A stretch of 64,000 nt of DNA from positions 32,001-96,000 of the IMG/VR virus record IMGVR_UViG_3300023179_000016. The stretch is one strand, 5' to 3'. The notes beneath the pieces are model-generated. The model ran no database searches. It saw nothing but the letters and a program-made list of their open reading frames with translations, and was not told where the DNA came from. This stretch comes from a virus. A program made the position numbers and the translations under genes. The first letter of the stretch is position 1. Each line of letters begins with the position of its first letter. This document shows, in pieces, positions 1 to 8,973 of the stretch.

Positions 1-43
1 GCTTATACCGCCATCGCGCGTGCACGCAGTCACGCGATGGTTT

Positions 44-1033
44 TTAGAAATGGAAACCCATCTTAGAACTCTTGTCGTCAAAATCTTTCGAAAAGAGTTC
101 TTTATGTTTTATTAGTTCGTCTATGACTTGCTCATATGTCTTATCATGAAGTTCTGCTCTTACCGCAATTTCTTCTAGATGGGCTATGCTAAAGCTTTCT
201 GTGCCCTTCTTGGATAGAGCAGATTTTTCTACTTCCGTCAAAGACCTTTTGCATATGAACTGCATTAATTCTATTTTTTCTTCGACAGACGGAGCCTGTA
301 ATTTCATCATCAAATCGAATCGGCCGGGGCGATCAGCAAGAGAAGAAAGCAGGTTTTCTGGGTGATTTGTGGTTGCAATGATGAATGTAGGTAATTTAAA
401 TACCTTACCTACTCCGTCTAATAAGTTCAATAGACCAGAATCGACTGCATTCGCGCCCCTGCTTGCCTGCCTTTCCCCGCCTCCTATATCTTCTATAACT
501 AGAACCAGTTTTGTGCACTCTGATGCATATTTCGATCTCACACTAAAAAATTTTACGATCTGGTCTGCGTCGACATCAGATGTGGGCCAAACGGCCACTA
601 CAGTGCCGGGATCTTGTTTTAGAAGATCTAAACATACTTTTTCTATCGCAGAGGTTTTTCCCATGCCGGGAGAAGAATACAATAGTACCCCTCTTTTTTT
701 AGGTCTATTGAGACGCTCATATACATGAAGTTTTTTAAAGAATGTATGCGCCTCATTTATGATTTTATTGGTGTTTGTAGCAGAATCCAATAAGTTTCTT
801 TCTTTAAAGAGAAGAGTCTTTAATTCTAGACCCGCTCTAGTTTCTAGAAACATGTAGGTTCCGGGTTTTATTTCGTAAAGATCTTCTTGTTCTATACTGT
901 GAAACTCAAATTGATATATGTTTTGAGTATCTTGAAAGCATAGATCTGATTCTGGCAATTCAGAGCATGCGCCATTTGCCATCTCAGTAAATGAGGTCTT
1001 CTTTTTTAGAATAAATTTACCTTGTTTGCTCAT
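44..1033 (-). CDS. AAA+ ATPase (single AAA module)
   Basis: RGVLLYSSPGMGKT Walker A, LVIEDI Walker B, LLNLLDG, TTNHPE and DRPGRFD second region of homology; ends KMGFHF. Confidence 0.9.
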   Translation of the reverse strand: MSKQGKFILKKKTSFTEMANGACSELPESDLCFQDTQNIYQFEFHSIEQEDLYEIKPGTYMFLETRAGLELKTLLFKERNLLDSATNTNKIINEAHTFFKKLHVYERLNRPKKRGVLLYSSPGMGKTSAIEKVCLDLLKQDPGTVVAVWPTSDVDADQIVKFFSVRSKYASECTKLVLVIEDIGGGERQASRGANAVDSGLLNLLDGVGKVFKLPTFIIATTNHPENLLSSLADRPGRFDLMMKLQAPSVEEKIELMQFICKRSLTEVEKSALSKKGTESFSIAHLEEIAVRAELHDKTYEQVIDELIKHKELFSKDFDDKSSKMGFHF

Positions 1034-1050
1034 TAAATTCTCGTTAAGAT

Positions 1051-1299
1051 TTAAAATGTCTTGCCAATTGCTGGACCATTATAGTCTACGTTGACTCCGC
1101 AAAATGAGACATTGTATATTTTTTTGTCGATACCGTATTCTACTTCTTCAAGTTCATCGATACCCCACGCAATTGTGGAATTACTAGAAAATTTCATCAG
1201 CCTATTTGACACACGGCCATTATCGTGTATGAACTTGTTGTTAGAAAATATCCCACTGTCTGGATCAGAAAGGCGCCATTTAATTTTAAAGTTTGACAT
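1051..1299 (-). CDS. hypothetical protein
   Basis: ATG ORF co-oriented with neighbours. Confidence 0.55.
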   Translation of the reverse strand: MSNFKIKWRLSDPDSGIFSNNKFIHDNGRVSNRLMKFSSNSTIAWGIDELEEVEYGIDKKIYNVSFCGVNVDYNGPAIGKTF

Positions 1300-1421
1300 T
1301 ATTCTGTGTTATCTTCTCTTATCTTTTTAAGATACCAGCACTTTATGCACACTAAATGCAGTGCATAATCTTTATTGGCTAACCAAACTTTATGCCAGGA
1401 GTGTTCACATTGATCAGTCAT

Positions 1422-1802
1422 TTATTTAACCAACGATACTGCGAGATCTACTAGATAATCTGGCAAAATATTAAGATCTATACCCTTGGGAAGAGGTTGG
1501 GACGCTGAACGGGGTACGTGTTTAGATGTTAAAGCTTTTTTTCTCATGCCGCCATTTAGCGAACTTGCTCTTTTTAGATGATTCATCACCATACTCTTCA
1601 CATAGATGCGAACATTGCGTTTTATAGTAGTAGGTTTACTGTAAGTAACATGTCCAGCACATATGCTGTCTGTAATCGAATCGCATATCCTATCGATGTC
1701 AAAAGTAGACAACAGTGACAATGCCACGTCTTTTCCAAAGACAAAACTGTTGCCCAAAGTTTTGGCAACTTCATCTACGACCGCTTGCTTTTGACTCTTC
1801 AT
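1422..1802 (-). CDS. divergent member of the QKEAV...NWLRKDxRLNGG paralogue family
   Basis: QKQAV, YVKSMVMNHLKRASSLNGG and C-terminal IDLNILP align by eye with the 16941/25851/30021/31085 proteins. Confidence 0.7.
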   Translation of the reverse strand: MKSQKQAVVDEVAKTLGNSFVFGKDVALSLLSTFDIDRICDSITDSICAGHVTYSKPTTIKRNVRIYVKSMVMNHLKRASSLNGGMRKKALTSKHVPRSASQPLPKGIDLNILPDYLVDLAVSLVK

Positions 1803-2105
1803 TTATTCACCAAAGGAAAATTGTTTTTGATTTTTATCTGTAACGATCAATAGTGTCAGTATTTCAACTGGCAAAATGTTCCATTTATATTCCAATAATT
1901 GGATTTTACCAATTGTATTTAATTTTTTGAGCAATGATTGTATTTCTTTAGGTCTATCAGAAGAATTCTTAATGGTCTTAATGGCGACCACATCTATCAG
2001 TCCCTCTTCTTTCAAGAAGAAGAGAACGTCTTCAAGTTGACCAGTCAAGTCATTTAATCGTTTAAGAGCTTCTATTTCAGATCTAATACTCACGGTGAGT
2101 TCCAC
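1803..2105 (-). CDS. hypothetical protein
   Basis: ORF tightly packed between ligase and 1422 gene. Confidence 0.65.
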   Translation of the reverse strand: MELTVSIRSEIEALKRLNDLTGQLEDVLFFLKEEGLIDVVAIKTIKNSSDRPKEIQSLLKKLNTIGKIQLLEYKWNILPVEILTLLIVTDKNQKQFSFGE

Positions 2106-2108
2106 ATA

Positions 2109-3041
2109 TTATGTCGACATGTCGATAGGATCTCTGAAACCTTGAAAAGAGGGTATTCTAGGTAAATCTTTTACCCCAACCTCTTGGTATCTGTATCGAA
2201 CTATCTTTCCCAAATACTCTTCTTTATTGTCCCAAATCCTTTTTCTGAGAGAATCATCTAGGCCTTTACCCGTGCCTATTCCGAACTCTCTACCGTCGTG
2301 AACATCTTTCACGAACATGGTGCCTAATGTATTGACACCCACCATACCCGCTTTCGCAGTGGATCGCTTGGTATGACCCAATTCATCCAGCGATGCTTCA
2401 TTGGTGTTATGCAGTCTTTCTTCTAGTTTAACTATGATTGCTTCTGAATCTACGAATCTTTTTATCTTGACTAGATATTGTTCTTTGAACGATGACCGAC
2501 CGCATTTATAGGGTCCAGTTAATTTTCTGGTCATTATGCCCTCATGACCTTGTCTTATCGCCTGTTCCTCGTATTCCAATAATTCTGCCTCGTTGTTGAC
2601 GATTGTGGGTAACACCAGGACGCAGAACTCCGGTTTATCATTTGCCCAGGCAACCAAGTCTTTGACTCTATCTATGTAAGGCTTATCTATGGAGTCTTTT
2701 ACGAAATCAAAGATTTGATATATAAAGTTAGGTTCGCCATCTTCTGACATCACCTCGCTTTGGATGTCAGAAAACTCCTTCAAAGAACCGTCTCGATTTA
2801 TAGTCATCAATTCGCCGTCGAGACCGTCCGGCAATACAGACATTTTGGCTTGAATATACCTATTAGGTATGTCCTTGAATGATCTAGACAGCGACTTAGA
2901 ATTAAGTCTTAAACACCTGATGCCATCTAGTTTAATAGATGCCGCTAATGGGTATTTTAAATCAACAAATGACATCTGCTGACCACGACTATTTTCCATA
3001 GAGGCGGCCAACATGGGTTTCTTAATCATAATTCTCTCCAT
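2109..3041 (-). CDS. ATP-dependent DNA ligase (phage type)
   Basis: motif I KLDGIR, DGEL, FDF, EGIMTR, LVKIKR, C-terminal OB fold PRIPSF; alternative start 3029 has GGAGAG RBS. Confidence 0.93.
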   Translation of the reverse strand: MERIMIKKPMLAASMENSRGQQMSFVDLKYPLAASIKLDGIRCLRLNSKSLSRSFKDIPNRYIQAKMSVLPDGLDGELMTINRDGSLKEFSDIQSEVMSEDGEPNFIYQIFDFVKDSIDKPYIDRVKDLVAWANDKPEFCVLVLPTIVNNEAELLEYEEQAIRQGHEGIMTRKLTGPYKCGRSSFKEQYLVKIKRFVDSEAIIVKLEERLHNTNEASLDELGHTKRSTAKAGMVGVNTLGTMFVKDVHDGREFGIGTGKGLDDSLRKRIWDNKEEYLGKIVRYRYQEVGVKDLPRIPSFQGFRDPIDMST

Positions 3042-3063
3042 CCGAAAATGGATAAATTCGGAT

Positions 3064-3984
3064 TTAGTACTTTTTCAAGAAATCTTGCATATCTTCTTGA
3101 GATACGAGCATTGACCAGCCAAATGAATCGCCGGCAAATAGAACACCGATTACTTGACCCCATCCATTTACCACAGCAGACCCGCTACTTCCAGGTTGCG
3201 CGAGAATTGTTGTAAAATATGCGTTTTTAGTAACATTCATGCACACCTTAACTACATATTCTAGACCTAAAAAATCCCTTTTTTGAACTAGGACTTTGTT
3301 TTTAGGCTTATCGCATTCGCTCTCAAGCATTCCACCCAGTTCTTGGGGAATTAATTCTTCTGGCGCGCTACCCATCTTAATGGAGATGTATCCTTCTGGA
3401 ATCTCTATGTCTTTAGACATGATGAGAGTACCTTTTGTCATCGTCGTCAAATATCCGGCAGGATGCCCAACCGCTGCCAGCGAGTCTCCCTTGTCTGGAG
3501 GCGAAGTACTGACCGTTAGACCTTCTACTCCTGGCATGCCCTCTAGTAGGCAAAGATCAGTTTTTTCAGATCTATGTAATATGGATCTAGGTATAAACTC
3601 GCCATTGTCATCCATCACAGATAAGTGGGCTCCGTCTGTTGACGCATCGCATACATGATCGTTTGTTAGCAAATATGATTTGCCACTCGGCGCCTTCACC
3701 ATGAATCCTGTGCCGCTACCGATTCCAGGTTCAAACATTATATAACTCTTTGATCCTACTTTATTTCTTAGCCAAGCGTCCCTAAGTTCCGGGGCTTTTA
3801 CAGCAATAGCTGCAATGGCTGCCGCAATAGCTGCAGCTAAAGTTGTTGCAGCAATAGCGTCTTTATGCTTCAGTACTGCCTTTTTAGCATTGGCAATTGC
3901 AGGTTTTAATTTTTTGTTGAGTTTAGTTTTAACTTTAGATTTTTTCATTTTGACTCCAATATTTGGATATTCTACCTCACTCAA
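3064..3984 (-). CDS. trypsin-like (S1) serine protease with N-terminal hydrophobic anchor
   Basis: GTGF, LTNDHVC (His), TDLCLL (Asp), PGSSGS (Ser); Ala/Ile-rich hydrophobic segment. Confidence 0.88.
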   Translation of the reverse strand: MSEVEYPNIGVKMKKSKVKTKLNKKLKPAIANAKKAVLKHKDAIAATTLAAAIAAAIAAIAVKAPELRDAWLRNKVGSKSYIMFEPGIGSGTGFMVKAPSGKSYLLTNDHVCDASTDGAHLSVMDDNGEFIPRSILHRSEKTDLCLLEGMPGVEGLTVSTSPPDKGDSLAAVGHPAGYLTTMTKGTLIMSKDIEIPEGYISIKMGSAPEELIPQELGGMLESECDKPKNKVLVQKRDFLGLEYVVKVCMNVTKNAYFTTILAQPGSSGSAVVNGWGQVIGVLFAGDSFGWSMLVSQEDMQDFLKKY

Positions 3985-4781
3985 CGAGAGTCTAACATAG
4001 ACTTCACGAGTTTTCCTGTTTTTACAGCAGTGGCCTGCGATGTACCAGTGCTCGACTCAGAAATCTTCTCTATGCCGTAAGAAATTCTAGATACGCCGTG
4101 TTCCCAACTATTGACATAATTACCATAGTTAGAGCTATAATAGCGATTATTGTTAACATCTAGGTTACCTACTACAATTAGGCGCTCATCGTACATCGCT
4201 GGGTAAAAACTGCAACCTGTAATAGTTGTTTTGTTATTGACTTTTTTATGTGTCGCGGATCCAAGTTCGCAACCATAGTTGCCAGCAGCAACTACAACTT
4301 TTATGCCCGTATCAAGAGCGCGCTTGATATACTTTTTTTCTTCATCGTTTGAGGATCCACCGCCAGCAGATATGTTTATGATGTCCACTTTGATGTTGAT
4401 CGCCCACCTGAGCGCATTCACCATGCTTCTGACAGTAGAACTAGATGTTGCTGTGCGGGGATCATAGAATTTGAGTATGACCTGACAATAATTGATCTTT
4501 TTATCTTTGAGGGACAAGAGCTCATCGTCGCTGCGGGCGACAGAATTTTTTGCATACTGATCTATGAGGCCACTAATGTGAGAACCATGACCAGAAGTAT
4601 CTATCAGAGATGTTTTTGTGAAATCTCGATGACCATGCTTACACATGGAAATAGAATTCTTAGCTAGATTGCCAATGCCGCTATCTATTACTGCCACTAT
4701 GATAGGCTTATCGGCATTAGCAGAAGAGGCAGAGATGAAACCGCAGACGATAAAAAAAGATATTTTATTTAGAATCTTCAT
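3981..4781 (-). CDS. subtilisin-like (S8) serine protease with signal peptide
   Basis: VAVIDSG, HGSHISG, VAAGN, GTSQAT; ANA-D signal-peptide-like N-terminus. Confidence 0.9.
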   Translation of the reverse strand: MKILNKISFFIVCGFISASSANADKPIIVAVIDSGIGNLAKNSISMCKHGHRDFTKTSLIDTSGHGSHISGLIDQYAKNSVARSDDELLSLKDKKINYCQVILKFYDPRTATSSSTVRSMVNALRWAINIKVDIINISAGGGSSNDEEKKYIKRALDTGIKVVVAAGNYGCELGSATHKKVNNKTTITGCSFYPAMYDERLIVVGNLDVNNNRYYSSNYGNYVNSWEHGVSRISYGIEKISESSTGTSQATAVKTGKLVKSMLDSR

Positions 4782-5046
4782 TGTTGACAGATACCATTAA
4801 ACGTTCTAAACACTTGTAGATATCGGATCGGTATTTGTCGTCAGTAAAATGAGAGCAATCTTTAATATGTTTCTTTATGTCCTGTTGGGATAAGCCCATG
4901 TCGATTAGCTTTTGATATACGGATAGCGCTTCTATCAGAAGACTAAAATTAAATGGTTTATTTTCTGATTTGTCGACAGAAGATTTATTCTGCCGTTCAA
5001 ACCGTTTATTTTTTGCTCTTATTCTGTCGTCTTCGTAGAATCCCAT
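4765..5046 (-). CDS. hypothetical protein
   Basis: ORF overlapping neighbours in the minus-strand operon. Confidence 0.6.
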   Translation of the reverse strand: MGFYEDDRIRAKNKRFERQNKSSVDKSENKPFNFSLLIEALSVYQKLIDMGLSQQDIKKHIKDCSHFTDDKYRSDIYKCLERLMVSVNNEDSK

Positions 5047-5423
5047 ATCTTTTCACCAAATAGTTCTTGTGTCTCTTCAAGAGAGTATACCGGATAATCT
5101 ATATCTAAGTTTTTAGACTTAGGCTGTTTTGCAGGCCTATTGCTTTCCAACAACAGCAATGCGCATTCTTCCGGGGTGAAACTGGCGTAACTGGCTTCTT
5201 TGGAGGAGAAGATTTTTGAGCTCACCTTGAATTCGATCTCTGGATCGAACTTTTCCGGTACACTCTTTTGTAATTCCATCTGCTCTCTTTGTCGATCGCT
5301 GATCGACTGTGACTGAATCACGGACAGCATCACGCGCTCTACCTCTTTATATGTGCAACCTAAAATTTGGTTGCAGATAGATTGCTTTGCATCTTTACTA
5401 TGAAGTATCTCGTTGGCTCTCAT
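5019..5423 (-). CDS. hypothetical protein
   Basis: ORF in operon. Confidence 0.6.
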   Translation of the reverse strand: MRANEILHSKDAKQSICNQILGCTYKEVERVMLSVIQSQSISDRQREQMELQKSVPEKFDPEIEFKVSSKIFSSKEASYASFTPEECALLLLESNRPAKQPKSKNLDIDYPVYSLEETQELFGEKIWDSTKTTE

Positions 5424-5567
5424 AAGTCTATCTTCTTTATTTAATAGACTTAATCCACTAATGTCTTTGATCTTCTGTTTGAGTCGCTTTGACAGAAATT
5501 AACTCCTACACCTAGATTATATCACTCGACTATATAAAGTCGAACGACATCTACGTTAGATTATAAG

Positions 5568-5885
5568 TTATTGTTCTGTCAGAGATTTTTCTAGATCTTG
5601 ATCAAATGTCATGCTGTAGGCAACAGCGGCGCACTCCTCGACTATCTTAACAAAGTACTCGTCTTTAAAGGCCGGATGGTCTGAAGTGGAAATGGCTTTG
5701 CACACTTCATATTTAACCCGCTCTTGGTTTGGAAAAGATGGCTCATCGGTGAACGATTCAACTGCCTTAAGCAGTTCTTCCGGGACAGGTATATTAAAGT
5801 GGCGCCAGAAATCTAGCGCGCTCTGACAATCTCTTGCCGAGATGACCACTTTACCTTCATTTGCAGCAGTAGTTTCTTTGCTCAT
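5568..5885 (-). CDS. hypothetical protein
   Basis: ATGA overlap with clpP. Confidence 0.7.
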   Translation of the reverse strand: MSKETTAANEGKVVISARDCQSALDFWRHFNIPVPEELLKAVESFTDEPSFPNQERVKYEVCKAISTSDHPAFKDEYFVKIVEECAAVAYSMTFDQDLEKSLTEQ

Positions 5886-6553
5886 TTTTCCACCCGTTGT
5901 TTTTTAATATCGGATTTTTGTTTCTTAGTCTTCTTTATTTTAGGACTTAGAGTGGTTTTATTGTGCTTATCTATCATTGGTTTTTCGGGTGTCTGAACTA
6001 TTTCATACATAAGATTGGATACTATCTTAGGCGTCCCTATTGCGTCTATGATACCAAATTTTAAAGCTGAGGGGGCATCCATATATCTATCCCTGCCATC
6101 TTGCTTTTTTATAAGCTCTCTAATCTCTTCATAATCTTTGAATCCGCAGTTCTTAGCTAGGAGGCCTAAAAAGTGCTCGTTTAATCTTTTGGTCTCAGTG
6201 ATGTCTGCATGCATATCGTGGACATCGCCTGCGGTCCCAGAGCTTGTCTCGTGCACCATAACCCTACTGTGCTTACCGCAGAACCTAATGTCTCCGTGGC
6301 TCAATAAGATGGCTCCGCAAGACATAGCCTTACCCATGCAGGTTGTAACTACCGTATTTGGTATTTCATCTATCGTCTCTATCATTTTAGCCAGGGCATC
6401 AACGGAGCCGCCATAGGAATCGATGTATACCATTATTGGTCTTCTTGGGTCCATTCTAGATTGATTTAAGATGGCATCTCTAAACTTTTGAGCAGATTCC
6501 TCGTCAAACTTAGTCACCCAAATCTCATGAGATCTCACGAAGTCATCTTCCAT
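5882..6553 (-). CDS. clpP: ClpP-family peptidase
   Basis: YIDSYGGSV, GKAMSCG (Ser), MVHE (His), RDRYM (Asp), FGIID; triad intact. Confidence 0.92.
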   Translation of the reverse strand: MEDDFVRSHEIWVTKFDEESAQKFRDAILNQSRMDPRRPIMVYIDSYGGSVDALAKMIETIDEIPNTVVTTCMGKAMSCGAILLSHGDIRFCGKHSRVMVHETSSGTAGDVHDMHADITETKRLNEHFLGLLAKNCGFKDYEEIRELIKKQDGRDRYMDAPSALKFGIIDAIGTPKIVSNLMYEIVQTPEKPMIDKHNKTTLSPKIKKTKKQKSDIKKQRVEK

Positions 6554-6648
6554 TTTGCACCACCTTTTATATATTGTACTAATTTCGTTTTTTAAATGGT
6601 AAATATGGTAAAATTAACTTATAATAACTAATCAACTGAAGCACTTAT

Positions 6649-7287
6649 ATGGGTCAACTAATTAAAAACGTGAACGAATCTTATGGCTCCGCAGCAAACA
6701 ACGGTGCGTCTGCGCAACCGATGGCTATGTCTGAAGATCATGTTTGTACCTCAAAGTGCGAAAAGACTGTAGTTAAGTCAAATGGTCAGTGGCAATTAGA
6801 GAAAAGATGCTGGGAAGGATATAAGCCAGTTCCTGGCAAGAAAGCGTATAGCAAGGGATCTTGCGAACCGATTAAAAAAGAAGAAGTTGCGCCTAAAAAT
6901 TCCAACAATAGAGAGACATACTTAGAGGCTTTTGGAAAATCAGATATAGAGATGTCTATGTATGACAACGAAGACATAGATATGTTATTTGGGTCTGATG
7001 TATCTAAAGAAACAGAAGATGCTCTAATAAAGGCCATATTAGCCAAAGGTTGGACACCTAAAAAAGAACATAAGTCAGAAAAAGGCGGCTTAACAGAAGC
7101 TGGTAGAAAGTCATACAATAAGGCGACTGGCGGCAATCTAAAAGCGCCACAGCCAGAAGGTGGACCTCGTAAAAGAAGTTTTTGTGCGCGCAACAAGGGA
7201 CAAATAGAGATGCACAACATAGATTGCAAAAAAGACCCAGAAAAAAGGGCTTGTAAAGCAAGACGTAGATGGAAATGTAGCAACTAA
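6649..7287 (+). CDS. modular charged protein with NGQW and CWxGY motifs and a DUF6321-like C-terminus
   Basis: VVKSNGQWQLEK, CWEGYKPVPGKK, GGLTEAGRKSYN...NLKAP...RSFCAR; DUF name recalled, not searched. Confidence 0.7.
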   Translation: MGQLIKNVNESYGSAANNGASAQPMAMSEDHVCTSKCEKTVVKSNGQWQLEKRCWEGYKPVPGKKAYSKGSCEPIKKEEVAPKNSNNRETYLEAFGKSDIEMSMYDNEDIDMLFGSDVSKETEDALIKAILAKGWTPKKEHKSEKGGLTEAGRKSYNKATGGNLKAPQPEGGPRKRSFCARNKGQIEMHNIDCKKDPEKRACKARRRWKCSN

Positions 7288-7302
7288 AAAGGGTATGAAA
7301 AT

Positions 7303-8145
7303 ATGTCTAACCGTCTAGATTGGTCTGAATGGATTTTACAAAAGAATAATGAATATAAAAAAGAACTAAACAAGATGGAGCCCAGCGTTGTTCCAGCGAT
7401 GCCTCCTGGCGATGGTTCGCAGAGAAGACCTAAGAAACCACCTATTGTTCAACCAGATCATAAAGAGCCCGTCAAGCCGAATAAGAAGGATGAAGTTGGC
7501 AAGCCAATCTTACCTAAACCAAAGAAGAATGTCACTAGCGTGGTAAAAAGTTTACCAGATTGGTCTGAATGGGTCTTAAATAAGAACCAGCAAGCTACAG
7601 AAGAATTAAATAAAGGGGTTGCCGTTGCAGTCCCACCCTCTTCAGATGATGATTCTAAATCTAAACCTAAAAAAGGTGAGTCTGTGTTTAACATAGGCCA
7701 CGTTAATGAAGTTGCCGCAATGAAAGATCACAGTGAAACTAAAAAACTAGCGCATTCACTGGTAGATAATTCTAATGCAAAACCAGAAAATAAAAAGAAA
7801 ATAAAGCTAATGATCGACAAATCTAAATCTTCTGCTCATTTAGCTCAAGGTATGGCTAATCATATACTCGCTCATCCAGGCGAGGGATTGAGGGTAATCA
7901 AGAATGAAGATGAAGATTCACAAGAATTGTCTTTAAATAAGGCCAAAGATATGGCCGGCGACGATGTAGATTCTAGCATGTTAATGTCCGAACTTGAATC
8001 AATGGATCATCACATAGAGGAAATAAGAGATCACTTAAAAGAATCTGAAGTTGCGCCTGACTGGGTTAAAGCTAAAGTTTCTAGAGCTGCATCTTCTATT
8101 TCTGATATAGCACATTATGTGATGGGTATCAAACAGCATAAATAA
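7303..8145 (+). CDS. modular charged protein with two DWSEW...ELNK repeats
   Basis: DWSEWILQKN..ELNK and DWSEWVLNKN..ELNK; C-terminal PDWVKAKVSRA module. Confidence 0.75.
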   Translation: MSNRLDWSEWILQKNNEYKKELNKMEPSVVPAMPPGDGSQRRPKKPPIVQPDHKEPVKPNKKDEVGKPILPKPKKNVTSVVKSLPDWSEWVLNKNQQATEELNKGVAVAVPPSSDDDSKSKPKKGESVFNIGHVNEVAAMKDHSETKKLAHSLVDNSNAKPENKKKIKLMIDKSKSSAHLAQGMANHILAHPGEGLRVIKNEDEDSQELSLNKAKDMAGDDVDSSMLMSELESMDHHIEEIRDHLKESEVAPDWVKAKVSRAASSISDIAHYVMGIKQHK

Positions 8146-8826
8146 TCACCACTCTACGGCTCTTGCTATTAGTGGTAATTCTGCCTTGAATATCTCTTTA
8201 CATTTTTCTGCTATGTCCATATGCTCTTTCTGAGTACCGTTGGCAGATCTTAATTCTATATAATGGATCCAGCTTCTAATAGAACCGCTCATATATAGTG
8301 TCGTTGCGGTTCCTAACGGAAGAATAAACCTGGCGCACTCCTTTGCAATACCGTTATTGAGTGCCCAAGTGTAATGCTCAAAAGAATTTTTCCAATTTTG
8401 TAATTGTCTATTTTCCCACTCGTTTTTTATGTGCTGAGGCACGTCATCGATTGAGTTTTGTCTATTCTTGTTGTCTTGTCTTCTGGCCGCTGTAAGTACT
8501 AAACCAGATTCATCTACAGAGGAATATCTCTGGCTAAATTCTTGAAATGTAAAAGATCTATGGCGCAATATTTGAGGCGCAATTGCCCTAGAAGTTTTTA
8601 TCTGTAGAGTCATACTGGCCATCTCAAATGGACTCCAGTGCTTATGCTTTATCAGATAATTGATTAGTTTTTCTGAATTACTAAAATTTAATTGATTATT
8701 CGGATTGCTTACCCTAGCGCAATACGAAATTATTTCCTCTGCGTTGGGAGTGCACGACACCAACTCCACGTCTTTATCGCTGTAAAAAATATTTTCTAAG
8801 TTATTTTTATTTTGCTCTATGCTCAT
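8146..8826 (-). CDS. thyX: FAD-dependent thymidylate synthase
   Basis: HWSPFE, RHRSFTFQEFSQRY signature, ECARFILP. Confidence 0.96.
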   Translation of the reverse strand: MSIEQNKNNLENIFYSDKDVELVSCTPNAEEIISYCARVSNPNNQLNFSNSEKLINYLIKHKHWSPFEMASMTLQIKTSRAIAPQILRHRSFTFQEFSQRYSSVDESGLVLTAARRQDNKNRQNSIDDVPQHIKNEWENRQLQNWKNSFEHYTWALNNGIAKECARFILPLGTATTLYMSGSIRSWIHYIELRSANGTQKEHMDIAEKCKEIFKAELPLIARAVEW

Positions 8827-8973
8827 ATTTGACCCTCATGTTCTGGTAATATATTTCTACCACGTATGATTTACATTTTCGATCGCGTAAATTTTAAACT
8901 CTCATACATATACACATCAACAGCTTCATTGCTGCAAGAACAACAACAAAAATAAATTAAAAGGGAGTCGACC

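Noticed and set aside
3041-3062. CCGA promoter copy before the ligase
   Set aside because: Imperfect (CCGAATTTATC) and better explained as a TCCGAA/TTCGGA inverted repeat, so not counted.
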